Below are positions 23,326-31,896 of a stretch of 32,000 bases of DNA, piece by piece (position 1 is the first letter of the stretch; each line of letters opens with the position of its first letter). The stretch comes from Acidothermus cellulolyticus 11B. Its GTDB lineage: Bacteria; Actinomycetota; Actinomycetes; Acidothermales; Acidothermaceae. Position numbers and translations under genes: made by a program. The notes under the pieces were generated by a model that searched no databases, was not told the origin of the DNA, and saw only the letters and a program-made list of their open reading frames with translations. The stretch lies in assembly GCF_000015025.1 (NCBI RefSeq), contig NC_008578.1:1320001-1352000 (forward strand). Reading direction: 5' to 3'.

Positions 23326-26046
23326 GTGACAATCGGCGAGATCACCTCCCCCTCCCCGGCGCAGCGGTATGCGGCCGCCCGCCGCCGCGCGGCCACGCCG
23401 CGTTTCACGGAATTCGCCGCGGGTTACGACTTTCCGCTCGACCCCTTCCAAGTGGAGGCCTGCCGGGCGTTGGAGGAGGGAAAGAGCGTCCTGGTCGCAG
23501 CGCCGACCGGCGCGGGAAAGACCGTGGTCGGCGAATTTGCCGTGCACCTTGCGCTCGCCGGCGGCGTGAAGTGCTTCTACACCACGCCGATCAAAGCCCT
23601 GTCCAACCAGAAATATCTCGACTTCGTCCGTCGTCACGGGCCGGACCGGGTCGGCCTCCTCACCGGGGACAACACGATCAACGGTGAGGCGCCGATCATC
23701 GTGATGACCACCGAAGTGCTGCGCAACATGCTCTACGCCGGGTCGTCAACCCTGACCGGGCTCGGCTACGTGGTGATGGACGAGGTGCACTACCTCGGCG
23801 ACCGATTCCGCGGGGGAGTCTGGGAAGAGGTCATCATCAACCTCCCCGAGTCGGTGCGGTTGGTTGCGCTCTCCGCGACTGTCAGCAACGCCGAGGAGTT
23901 CGGGGAGTGGCTGATCACGGTACGAGGGGCGACCGAGGTCATCGTCGACGAACACCGGCCCGTGCCGCTCTGGCAGCACATGCTCGTCGGTCACCGGCTC
24001 TTCGACCTTTTCGTCGAGGTGGACGGCGAACGCCGGGTCAACCCGCACCTGATCCGCGCCACTCAGGAGGCCGCCCGCCGCCGGCAGCTCGCCGAGACGC
24101 GGCGACACCGCTCCAGGCAGCACGGTCGCCGGCGGCCGACGGCAAGCCGGGTGGAGATTGTCGAACGGCTCGACGCGCAGGGCTTGCTCCCCGCGATCAT
24201 CTTCATCTTCAGCCGGAACGGTTGCGACCAGGCCGTTGAGGAGTGCCTTCGCAGCGGGCTGCGGCTCAACCGCCCGGAGGAAGCCGACGAGGTTCAGGCA
24301 ATTGCCGAAGCGCGGGTCGCTGGGATCGCCGACGGCGACCTGCGCGCGCTCGGATACGGCACGTGGGTCGAAGGGCTGCGCCGCGGGATCGCCGCCCACC
24401 ACGCCGGAATGCTGCCGATCTTCAAGGAGACCGTCGAAGAACTCTTCGCCGCCGGGCTGGTCAAGGTTGTGTTCGCCACCGAGACCCTGGCCCTCGGCAT
24501 CAACATGCCGGCCCGGACCGTCGTCCTGGAACGCCTGATCAAGTGGAACGGTGAGGAGCACACCCCGGTGACCCCGGGTGAATACACGCAGCTCACCGGC
24601 CGAGCCGGACGGCGGGGCATCGACGTCGAAGGCCACGCGGTGGTCTGTTGGGCCGAGGACGTCGACCCTGGCGCGGTAGCCGGACTCGCGTCCCGGCGTA
24701 CCTACCCGCTGCGGTCCAGCTTCCGGCCGTCGTACAACATGGCCGTCAACCTGGTCGGCCAGGTGGGCCGCGAGCGAGCCCACGCCCTCCTGGAAGCGTC
24801 GTTCGCCCAGTTCCAGGCCGACCGGGCGGTCGTCGGCCTGACCCGCCAGATTCGGCGCAACGAAGCAACCCTCGCCGAGTACCAACGGGCCATGCAGTGC
24901 CACCTGGGCGACTTCGCGGAGTACGCTGCACTGCGCCGCGAATTGTCCGACGTCGAAGCCGCCGCCAGCCGCGAAACGGCCCAGCTTCGGCGGGCGGCGG
25001 CCGCCGAATCCCTGCTCCGGCTCCGCCCCGGGGACATCGTGGCCCTGCCGATGGGACGCCGCGGCGGGCTCGCCGTCGTCCTGGACACCGGACTCATCGG
25101 GGGAGAAGCCCGGCCGGTGGTGCTCACCGAAGAGCGGCGGGTCAAACGGCTCACCGTGGTCGACGTACGCGGCCCGATCGAACCGGTCGGACGGCTGCGG
25201 ATTCCGCGGAGTTTCAACCCGCGCAGCGCCGCTGACCGGCGGGATTTGGCCGCCGGCCTGCGGTCGCGGCAGCGTGACGGCGTCCTGGCAGCCCATCGGG
25301 AGCGCCGGACCGCGACGGGCTACGAGGAGCGCATCGCGGACTTGCGGGCTGCGCTGCGCCGCCACCCCTGCCACGGCTGCACCGACCGGGAGGAGCACGC
25401 CCGGTGGGCGAACCGCTCCTGGCAACTGGAACGGGAGATTGAGACGCTGCGCCGCCGGGTCGAGGGCCGGACCGGCAGCCTTGCCCGCACCTTCGACCGG
25501 GTCTGCGACGTCCTCGGCGACCTCGGCTATCTCGCCGGCGAGGACGTGACCGAGGACGGCCGCCGCCTTGCCCGGCTGTACACCGAGCTTGACCTGGTCG
25601 CCGCCGAGTGCCTGCGCCGGGGCGTCTGGTCAGGACTTACGCCGGCGGAGCTGGCCGGGGCGGTCGCCGTCCTGGTGTACGAACCCCGGGAAGATGAACC
25701 GGCGGTGGTGCGGTTGCCCGCGGGCCGGCTCGCCGAGGCGTGCGCTCGCACGATCGACGTCTGGCGTGACCTTACCGAGGTGGAGCAGCGGCACCGGTTG
25801 AACTTCCTCCGCGAACCGTCACCGCGGTTCGTGACCGCCGCCTACCGCTGGGCCCGCGGCGCCGATCTCGAAACGATCCTCGTCGAACAGGACATGTCGG
25901 CGGGCGATTTCGTCCGCTGGACGCGGCAACTCGTCGATCTTCTCGGCCAGATCGAGCAAGCCGCGGACGGGGACCTGCGTGCGGTTGCGGCGGCGGCGGC
26001 CGGGTCGCTGCGCCGAGGGGTGGTCGACTACACGCCGGTCGCGTGA
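23326..26046 (+). CDS. helY: Ski2-like DEAD/DEAH-box RNA helicase HelY
   Basis: Walker A APTGAGKT, DEVH box (VVMDEVHYLGD), SAT (LSATVSN). 906 aa with a long C-terminal Ski2/DSHCT-like region. Its position after tatAC is as I recall it in mycobacteria. Confidence 0.9.
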   Translation: MTIGEITSPSPAQRYAAARRRAATPRFTEFAAGYDFPLDPFQVEACRALEEGKSVLVAAPTGAGKTVVGEFAVHLALAGGVKCFYTTPIKALSNQKYLDFVRRHGPDRVGLLTGDNTINGEAPIIVMTTEVLRNMLYAGSSTLTGLGYVVMDEVHYLGDRFRGGVWEEVIINLPESVRLVALSATVSNAEEFGEWLITVRGATEVIVDEHRPVPLWQHMLVGHRLFDLFVEVDGERRVNPHLIRATQEAARRRQLAETRRHRSRQHGRRRPTASRVEIVERLDAQGLLPAIIFIFSRNGCDQAVEECLRSGLRLNRPEEADEVQAIAEARVAGIADGDLRALGYGTWVEGLRRGIAAHHAGMLPIFKETVEELFAAGLVKVVFATETLALGINMPARTVVLERLIKWNGEEHTPVTPGEYTQLTGRAGRRGIDVEGHAVVCWAEDVDPGAVAGLASRRTYPLRSSFRPSYNMAVNLVGQVGRERAHALLEASFAQFQADRAVVGLTRQIRRNEATLAEYQRAMQCHLGDFAEYAALRRELSDVEAAASRETAQLRRAAAAESLLRLRPGDIVALPMGRRGGLAVVLDTGLIGGEARPVVLTEERRVKRLTVVDVRGPIEPVGRLRIPRSFNPRSAADRRDLAAGLRSRQRDGVLAAHRERRTATGYEERIADLRAALRRHPCHGCTDREEHARWANRSWQLEREIETLRRRVEGRTGSLARTFDRVCDVLGDLGYLAGEDVTEDGRRLARLYTELDLVAAECLRRGVWSGLTPAELAGAVAVLVYEPREDEPAVVRLPAGRLAEACARTIDVWRDLTEVEQRHRLNFLREPSPRFVTAAYRWARGADLETILVEQDMSAGDFVRWTRQLVDLLGQIEQAADGDLRAVAAAAAGSLRRGVVDYTPVA

Positions 26047-27002
26047 GACCGCGCTGCTCCCGTCGCGTGGCCGAGCGCGTTGAGCAGCCGGTGCACCGGG
26101 CCGGCGAGGCCAAGCTCATCGGCCAGGGCGCCAAGGTCGGCCGCAGGCCGGACGCCGCTCACCGGAACGGGCGCCGTATCGATCGGCACGTCCCGGCGTA
26201 CGGTGACCACGATGTGCGCAGCAGCCAGGTAGGACGCGGCGGAACTGATGCGCTCCCGCAGCCGGGCCGGGACGTCCGCTGACCCAGCCGCGCACGCGGC
26301 GAGCAGCGCATCGACGCTGCCGAAGGTTCGCAGCAGCCGGGCCGCCGTCTTCTCACCGACCCCGGGTATGCCGGGCAGCCCGTCGCTGGGATCGCCGCGG
26401 AGCATTGCGAAATCGGCATAGCTGGACGCTGGGACGCCATACCGGTGCCGCACGTACCCGTCGTCGACGACTTCTGCGTCACGCACCCCGCGCTGCACGT
26501 ACAAAACGCGGACCGGCTTGGCATCGTCCACGACCTGAAAAAGGTCACGGTCCCCTGTGGCGATATCGACCGGTCCCGGGTGCCGGGCGGCAAGCGTCGC
26601 GAGGGCGTCGTCGGCTTCGAAGCCGGGAACCGCGACGACGGCAATGCCCAGCGCCTGAAGCACCTTCGGAATCAGCGGAATCTGCACCGCCAATTCCGGC
26701 GGAACGATTTCGGAGCCGTCCGACGCCGCTCGATGCGCTTTGTAGGCGGGCAGAGCGGCAACCCGGAACGCCGGCCGCCAATCCGGATCCAGGCACACGG
26801 CAAGAAACTCCGGTTCTGACAAGCGAATGAGCGTCACGAGGGCGTCCAGAAGACCGCGGACGGCGTTGACCGGCGTCCCGTCCCGCGCGGCAAAACGCTC
26901 CGGGACGCCGTAAAAAGCGCGGAAATACAGGGACGCCGCGTCGACCGCCAATAATTTCCCAACCGGCGGACGCGGCGGAGCGGTGGACGGTGATGACACC
27001 AT
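26028..27002 (-). CDS. 5'-3' exonuclease / FEN-family nuclease
   Basis: Blocks LLAVDAASLYFRAFYG, EADD, GDRDLFQ, and H3TH GIPGVGEKTAARLL. I chose the start ATG at 27002-27000 (MVSSPSTAPP...) because TACGCT sits 6 nt upstream on the minus strand. The ORF track's 27188 start overlaps the divergent ACAD gene. The 3' end overlaps helY by 19 nt (convergent). Confidence 0.85.
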   Translation of the reverse strand: MVSSPSTAPPRPPVGKLLAVDAASLYFRAFYGVPERFAARDGTPVNAVRGLLDALVTLIRLSEPEFLAVCLDPDWRPAFRVAALPAYKAHRAASDGSEIVPPELAVQIPLIPKVLQALGIAVVAVPGFEADDALATLAARHPGPVDIATGDRDLFQVVDDAKPVRVLYVQRGVRDAEVVDDGYVRHRYGVPASSYADFAMLRGDPSDGLPGIPGVGEKTAARLLRTFGSVDALLAACAAGSADVPARLRERISSAASYLAAAHIVVTVRRDVPIDTAPVPVSGVRPAADLGALADELGLAGPVHRLLNALGHATGAARSHATGV

Positions 27003-27008
27003 TCCGTC

Positions 27009-27014
27009 AGCGTA
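27009..27014 (-). promoter_or_regulatory. Candidate -10 hexamer TACGCT (minus strand) for a leaderless exonuclease transcript
   Basis: The reverse complement of AGCGTA (27009-27014) is TACGCT, located 6 nt upstream of the ATG at 27002. Confidence 0.3.
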
Positions 27015-27044
27015 GATGTGCCGCTTCAGGGTCTGCGCGTCGAC

Positions 27045-27050
27045 TAGCGT
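27045..27050 (+). promoter_or_regulatory. Candidate -10 hexamer TAGCGT for a leaderless acyl-CoA dehydrogenase transcript
   Basis: A TAnnnT hexamer sits 7 nt upstream of the in-frame GTG 27058. It lies back-to-back with the exonuclease -10, about 30 bp away. Confidence 0.3.
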
Positions 27051-27057
27051 TGAGATC

Positions 27058-28251
27058 GTGCGTGTGGTGCGCGACATGCCGTCCCCCGAGAGCGAAGAAC
27101 TCCTGCACGTTGTCACCGACATCGCCGCCCGCGAATTGCGGCCACGGGCAGCCGAGGATGAACGAAACGGCCGTTTTCCCCGCGACATTTTCCGGCTGCT
27201 CGGCGGGATTGGGCTGCTCGGATTGCCGTACCCCGCCCGCTACGGCGGCGGAGAGCAACCCGCCGTCGCATACCTGCAGATTCTCGAAGAACTCAGCCGG
27301 GCGTGGCTCACGGTCGGCCTCGGCGTGAGCGTCCACCTCCTCGCCTGCTACCCGCTTGCCCGCTTCGGCACCGACGAACAGCGCGACCGATGGCTCCCTG
27401 CGATGATCGGCGGCGGGCTGCTCGGCGCGTACTGTCTCTCCGAGCCGCACGCCGGGTCGGACGCCGCCGCGCTGCGCACCCAGGCTGAACCCACCGCGGC
27501 GGGCTACCGCCTCTCCGGGACGAAGGCGTGGATCACGCACAGCGGGCACGCGGATTTCTACACCGTGATGGCCCGCACCTCGCCGGACCGTGACCACGGC
27601 ATCAGCTGCTTTCTCGTATCCGCGGACGCACCCGGCCTCCAGGCCGGCGTCCCGGAACGGAAGATGGGGCTTCGCGCCTCGCCAACCGCGCAGCTCCATC
27701 TCGCCGACGTTGTCGTCGAGCCAAGCCGGCGGATCGGGGCCGAAGGGGAGGGACTCCGCATCGCCCTGGCCGCGTTGGACGTCGGCCGGCTGGGCATCGC
27801 CGCGTGCGCCACGGGCCTCGCCCAGGCGGCGTTGGACGCCGCCGTCGACTACGCGGCACAGCGGCACCAGTTCGGCCGTCCGATCCGGGAATTCCAGGGG
27901 GTGGCCTTTCTGCTGGCCGAGATGACCGCCGCGGTGGCAGCGGCGCGTGCGACGTACCTGGCCGCGGCCCGAAGCTTGGACGCGGGTCGGGTGGTGACCC
28001 GCGATGCGGCGATCGCCAAGCTGATCTGCAGCGACACCGCGATGCGCGTCACCACCGATGCCATCCAGATCTTCGGTGGTGCCGGGTACGTCGAGGACTA
28101 CCCCGTGGAGCGGTACTTTCGGGAAGCCAAAGCCCTGCAGATCGTCGAGGGGACGAACCAGATTCAGCGCCTCGTCATCGCCCGGACGCTGGGCCGCGAC
28201 ACGGCGGACGACGTCCCGACTGGACATCCCCGCCGGATTACGGCAGGGTAA
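27058..28251 (+). CDS. Acyl-CoA dehydrogenase
   Basis: Blocks CLSEPHAGSDAA, GGAGY, IVEGTNQIQR. The start is GTG 27058 (leaderless geometry) or ATG 27076. The 27016 start in the track is less likely. Confidence 0.85.
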   Translation: MRVVRDMPSPESEELLHVVTDIAARELRPRAAEDERNGRFPRDIFRLLGGIGLLGLPYPARYGGGEQPAVAYLQILEELSRAWLTVGLGVSVHLLACYPLARFGTDEQRDRWLPAMIGGGLLGAYCLSEPHAGSDAAALRTQAEPTAAGYRLSGTKAWITHSGHADFYTVMARTSPDRDHGISCFLVSADAPGLQAGVPERKMGLRASPTAQLHLADVVVEPSRRIGAEGEGLRIALAALDVGRLGIAACATGLAQAALDAAVDYAAQRHQFGRPIREFQGVAFLLAEMTAAVAAARATYLAAARSLDAGRVVTRDAAIAKLICSDTAMRVTTDAIQIFGGAGYVEDYPVERYFREAKALQIVEGTNQIQRLVIARTLGRDTADDVPTGHPRRITAG

Positions 28252-28281
28252 CGACAGCACCGTCTCCGCGGAGGACCACCT

Positions 28282-29001
28282 GTGCTGCGCCGTCGCCTGC
28301 TCGCCCGGTTCGCTCTGACCGCCGCTACGGCGTCCGCATTGCTCGCCCTGCCGCTGGCTGCGACGAGCCGTGCGGACAGCGCCGGCACTCTGGTCACCCT
28401 GATCGAGCAGGCCCGCGCCAACGCGAACCTCCCGCCGCTCGCGGTGCGTTCCGACCTGACCGCGGCGGCGCAGGCGCAAGCCAATCGCATGGCGGCATCG
28501 CACACCCTGTACCACACACCGAACCTCGGATCGGTGATCTGCTGCTGGCAGAAGATCGGCGAGAACGTCGGCGAGGGCGGCTCGGTCGTCGTCGTCCACC
28601 AGATGTTCATGAGCTCAGCGCCGCATCGAGCGAACATCCTGGACCCGGCGTTCCGCCAAGTGGGTATCGGCGTGGCAGCCGACGGCTCCGGCACGCTTTG
28701 GATCTCAGAGATCTTCCGGGCACCGCTCGGCGCGCCCGCGAACCCCCCTCCGACCTCGCATCCGTCCTCTGGACCGGTGACGTCGGTCGCGCCCGCGGTA
28801 GTCGCCGCGCCACCCGCCACCCCCGCGCCACCCGCCACTCCGGCGCGCGTGCCGCCGCACGCCGTCTCTCGGGACGTGCCCGGCGGACGTCCGGCGCTCG
28901 TCGCGGCGCCCTACCTGACCCGGCTGGCGGCGGTCATTGTCGTCGGCGGCGACCCGGTCAGCCGGCTCCTCGATTTCGCCCTCCGCGCCGCGCCCTCCTG
29001 A
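28282..29001 (+). CDS. Secreted CAP/SCP (YkwD-like) domain protein with a Pro/Ala-rich C-terminal region
   Basis: GTG 28282 follows GGAGGA (28270-28275). Signal peptide MLRRRLLARFALTAATASALLALPLAATSRA, CAP-type block SSAPHRANILDPAFRQVGIGV, then PPATPAPPATPA low-complexity sequence. Confidence 0.75.
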   Translation: MLRRRLLARFALTAATASALLALPLAATSRADSAGTLVTLIEQARANANLPPLAVRSDLTAAAQAQANRMAASHTLYHTPNLGSVICCWQKIGENVGEGGSVVVVHQMFMSSAPHRANILDPAFRQVGIGVAADGSGTLWISEIFRAPLGAPANPPPTSHPSSGPVTSVAPAVVAAPPATPAPPATPARVPPHAVSRDVPGGRPALVAAPYLTRLAAVIVVGGDPVSRLLDFALRAAPS

Positions 29002-29028
29002 CCTGCGAAGACACGCGTTTTCGCAGGT
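29001..29028 (+). terminator. Hairpin overlapping the CAP gene stop codon
   Basis: ACCTGCGAA (29001-29009) pairs with TTCGCAGGT (29020-29028), a perfect 9 bp stem. The 10-nt loop contains ACGCGT. There is no U-tract. Confidence 0.45.
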
Positions 29029-29038
29029 CAGCGTGGCC

Positions 29039-29069
29039 TTGACAGCAGCGGGAGATGACGCGGTAAGTT
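29039..29069 (+). promoter_or_regulatory. Candidate sigma-70/HrdB-type promoter: TTGACA, 19-nt spacer, TAAGTT
   Basis: A perfect -35 TTGACA at 29039-29044 and a -10 TAAGTT (TAnnnT) at 29064-29069. The spacer is 19 nt, longer than optimal. It would give a 5' leader of about 270 nt before lnt. Confidence 0.35.
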
Positions 29070-29214
29070 CACGAGCCGACCACCGAGCACTGCCCGGATG
29101 TCGTTCGGCCACCGTCACGGTGCCTGCTCACCAACCCGGGTCGGCGCGCCAGCGCCGAGACCAGGCCCGGGCAGCCGAGCACCGGGGCCAGACGAGGGGG
29201 GTGCGATCTGCAGA

Positions 29215-29292
29215 AGGGCCGGACGTCCAGTAGACAACGGCGATTCTCTGACGGCCAGTGAGAGACCGCCGGTCCGAAGGGCGTCCGGCCCT
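29215..29292 (+). other. Strongly structured element in the lnt leader (nested helices), identity unknown
   Basis: The outer helix AGGGCCGGACG (29215-29225) pairs with CGTCCGGCCCT (29282-29292), 11 bp. The inner hairpin is CGGCG-AT-TCTCTGAC (29238-29252) pairing with GTGAGAGA-C-CGCCG (29258-29271), with one G-G mismatch. Confidence 0.3.
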
Positions 29293-29345
29293 CGCCGTGC
29301 CACCGGCCGTACTCTTGCCGATGTGTCAGACGTTTCCGCGATCGG

Positions 29346-30968
29346 ATGACGCCGGTGGCCCCAGACCCGGTCATCGCCGGACTGGCCACTCTTGCGCGCC
29401 GGAATGCACGCCACCACCCGGCCGGCGGGCGACGCCGGTGGGAGCGGTTCGCCGCTGAGCTGCTCCTTGGCGCCGCCGCTGGCGGCGTGCTCTGGACGGC
29501 GTTCCCGCCCGTCGCGTTCTGGCCGTCAGCGCCGATCGCCGTTCTGGTGCTCACCCTGGCTATTCGGCGATCAACAGCACCGAGATCGTACAGCGATCGG
29601 CTCCTCCGCCGGATCGGCCGGGCCGCCGGCGTCGGGTTCATCGCCGGTCTTGCCTTCTTCGTTCCGTTGCTCAGCTGGCTGACCACCGTCACGCCGCTCG
29701 CCTGGCTGGTGCTCGCCGTCGCCGAGGCCGGGTACTTCGCCGCCTTGGGCGCAGCACTGGCGTCGATCCGCAGACTGCCGGGCTGGCCGGTCTGGGCCGC
29801 CTGCCTGTGGGTCGCCGAAGAGCTGATCCGGGACCGCTGGCCGCTGGGCGGCTTCACCTGGGGACGGCTCGCGTTCAGCCAACCGGACACGCCGTTCACC
29901 GGGCTCGCCGCACTCGGGGGTGCGCCACTCGTCTCCTTCGCCGTCGCCGTCACCGGCGGTCTGCTCGCCTGGGCGTTCGTCGCCTTCCGGAACCGAGCGA
30001 CGACGTCTGCCATCGTCGCCGTCCTCGTCGCTGCCGCGATTCCCGCTCTCGCCACCGGGATTCCGCGTCCGACGAAGGGAACCCGATTGCAGGTCGCGGT
30101 GATTCAGGGCAATGTGCCGCATCCCGGCACGCACTTCCTGGGTCGAGCCCAGCAAGTGCTCAACAACCATCTGCGGGAAACCGCGGTGCTGGAAACCGGG
30201 GTACAGGACGGTCGGTGGAGGGCACCGAATCTGGTCATCTGGCCCGAGAACGCCTCTGACGTCGACCCCCTCCAGACCGCATCCGCCCGGACGGCGATCC
30301 AACAGGCGGCCGACGAGCTCGGGGTTCCGCTCCTCGTCGGAGCGGTCGTGGACGCCGGCCCGGATCACCTGCGCAACGAGGGCATCGTCTGGCAGCCGCG
30401 GACCGGTCCTGCGGCGTCGTACGCGAAACGCCACCTGGTGCCGTTCGGCGAGTACATCCCGTGGCGTGGGCTGGTCTCGCATCTGACGAGCCTCGTCAAC
30501 CTGGTGCCGTGGAATTTCCTGCCGGGACATGGGAACGGCGTCCTCGACACCGGCGCAGCCCGGTTGGCGGACGTGATCTGCTTCGAGATCGCCTTCGACG
30601 ACACGGTACGCAGCGGCGTGGTCGGCGGCGGGCAGCTCATCGTCGTGCAGACCAACAACGCGACGTACATGCGCACCGCCGAGCCCGCACAGCAGCTGGC
30701 GATGTCCCAGCTGCGTGCCGTGGAGCACGGCCGGGCGGTCGTCGTGGCGTCCACGAGCGGGATCAGCGCGGTCATCAGTCCCGACGGCCGCGTCGTCGCC
30801 CGGACCGCCCAGTTGACGCCCGCGGTCCTGGACGAAACCGTGCCGCTACGCTCAACACTCACCGTGGCGGACCGGCTGGGCGCGGCACCCGAGTGGGTGC
30901 TCGGCATACTCGGCCTACTGGCCGTGCTCATCGGTCTCGTCACCGAGAGGCTGCGCCAACGGGAGTAG
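29346..30968 (+). CDS. lnt: Apolipoprotein N-acyltransferase
   Basis: A multi-TM N-terminal half, then a C-N hydrolase domain with the Glu-Lys-Cys triad contexts LVIWPE, KRHLVPFGEYIP and DVICFEIAF. Followed by ppm1, the partner gene in actinobacteria. The start is ATG 29346 (weak SD; GTG 29355 is an alternative). Confidence 0.88.
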   Translation: MTPVAPDPVIAGLATLARRNARHHPAGGRRRWERFAAELLLGAAAGGVLWTAFPPVAFWPSAPIAVLVLTLAIRRSTAPRSYSDRLLRRIGRAAGVGFIAGLAFFVPLLSWLTTVTPLAWLVLAVAEAGYFAALGAALASIRRLPGWPVWAACLWVAEELIRDRWPLGGFTWGRLAFSQPDTPFTGLAALGGAPLVSFAVAVTGGLLAWAFVAFRNRATTSAIVAVLVAAAIPALATGIPRPTKGTRLQVAVIQGNVPHPGTHFLGRAQQVLNNHLRETAVLETGVQDGRWRAPNLVIWPENASDVDPLQTASARTAIQQAADELGVPLLVGAVVDAGPDHLRNEGIVWQPRTGPAASYAKRHLVPFGEYIPWRGLVSHLTSLVNLVPWNFLPGHGNGVLDTGAARLADVICFEIAFDDTVRSGVVGGGQLIVVQTNNATYMRTAEPAQQLAMSQLRAVEHGRAVVVASTSGISAVISPDGRVVARTAQLTPAVLDETVPLRSTLTVADRLGAAPEWVLGILGLLAVLIGLVTERLRQRE

Positions 30969-30978
30969 AGGGAGCATC

Positions 30979-31752
30979 GTGGACATCGCAGATCTCGGCC
31001 GAATCCTCGTCGTCATACCGACCTACCAGGAGCGGGACAACCTCCCGGGGGTCGTGGCCCGGGTGCGCGCTGCCGTGCCGAGCGCGGACATCCTGATCGC
31101 CGACGACAACAGCCCGGACGGCACCGGAAGGCTGGCCGACGAGCTTGCCGAGCGCGATGCGCGGATTCACGTCCTGCACCGGCCCGGCAAGGCGGGTCTC
31201 GGTGCCGCGTACCTCGCCGGTTTCCGTTGGGCGCTGGACCGCGGTTACCAGGTGGTCGTCGAAATGGACGCCGACGGCTCACACCGTCCGGAGCACCTGC
31301 CGGAAATCCTCGCCGCCCTGACGGACGCCGACGTCGCTCTCGGCTCCCGGTGGGTGCCCGGGGGAGCAGTGGTGAATTGGCCCAAATCCCGGGAAGCCCT
31401 GTCCCGTCTGGGAAATGCCTACGCCCGAACGGTTCTGGGCATTCCGGTCCGTGATGCCACCGGCGGCTTCCGGGCCTACCGGGCGAACGTGCTGCGAGCC
31501 ATTCCGTTGGACGACGTCCGGTCGCAGGGCTATTGCTTCCAGGTCGACCTTGTCCTCCGCAGCATCGAACACGGGTTCCGGGTCGTCGAAGTCCCGATCA
31601 CGTTCGTCGAACGCGAGCACGGTGCCAGCAAGATGAGCCGGGCCATCGTCGCTGAGGCGCTCTGGCGGGTGACCGTTTGGGGTGTCCAGCGGCGGCTCGG
31701 ACTACGGTCAACCCCGGCGCGACCCGCCGTCCCCGATTCGGTCGGGGGCTGA
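30979..31752 (+). CDS. ppm1: Polyprenol-phosphate mannose synthase (GT2)
   Basis: GTG 30979 follows GAGGGAG. Blocks VVIPTYQERDNL, DDNSPDGT, EMDADGSH. It is adjacent to lnt and convergent with rbpA, as I recall for mycobacteria. Confidence 0.88.
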   Translation: MDIADLGRILVVIPTYQERDNLPGVVARVRAAVPSADILIADDNSPDGTGRLADELAERDARIHVLHRPGKAGLGAAYLAGFRWALDRGYQVVVEMDADGSHRPEHLPEILAALTDADVALGSRWVPGGAVVNWPKSREALSRLGNAYARTVLGIPVRDATGGFRAYRANVLRAIPLDDVRSQGYCFQVDLVLRSIEHGFRVVEVPITFVEREHGASKMSRAIVAEALWRVTVWGVQRRLGLRSTPARPAVPDSVGG

Positions 31753-31842
31753 CTCACGCGACGACGCCCGCAACCACCGACGCCCGGTATGCGCGCCTCC
31801 GACGGCCCACCGGGGCTATGCCGGCCCGGTCGCACCGCGCCG

Positions 31843-31896
31843 CGCCGGGGTTGGCCGGCTCGCCGGGGCTGGCCGGCTCGCCGGGGCTGGCCGGCT
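31843..31896. repeat. Tandem repeat, 18-bp unit CGCCGGGGCTGGCCGGCT, 3 copies, ending on the rbpA stop codon
   Basis: Copies at 31843-31860 (one mismatch), 31861-31878 and 31879-31896. The rbpA stop (TCA on the plus strand) is at 31896-31898. Confidence 0.9.

Noticed and set aside
23178-23687. A 169-aa ORF spanning the tatC-helY spacer and the helY 5' end
   Set aside because: It is an out-of-frame overlap with helY, which has Walker A and DEVH motifs. Its N-terminal repeat TDAGLSG/TDAGLGA is the translation of the intergenic tandem array.
18898-27075. A PafBC-type RecA-independent promoter motif (TGTCGGTG-N8-TAnnnT) upstream of pafB, helY, the exonuclease gene or the ACAD gene
   Set aside because: I checked the 8-mers at the expected distance from each candidate -10 (CACGCCCC, AGCCTGCT, CCTGAAGC). 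None resembles TGTCGGTG.
29196-29275. Possible cobalamin riboswitch in the lnt leader (GGTGCGATCTGC and GCCAGTGAGAGACCGCC loosely resemble the GGTGCGAATCCG and B12-box GCCAGGAGACCTGCC elements)
   Set aside because: The match requires indels inside the B12 box. The CCCGCCACTGT-type element is not convincingly present, and lnt is not a plausible B12-regulated gene. It is left as an unknown structured leader pending an Rfam scan.
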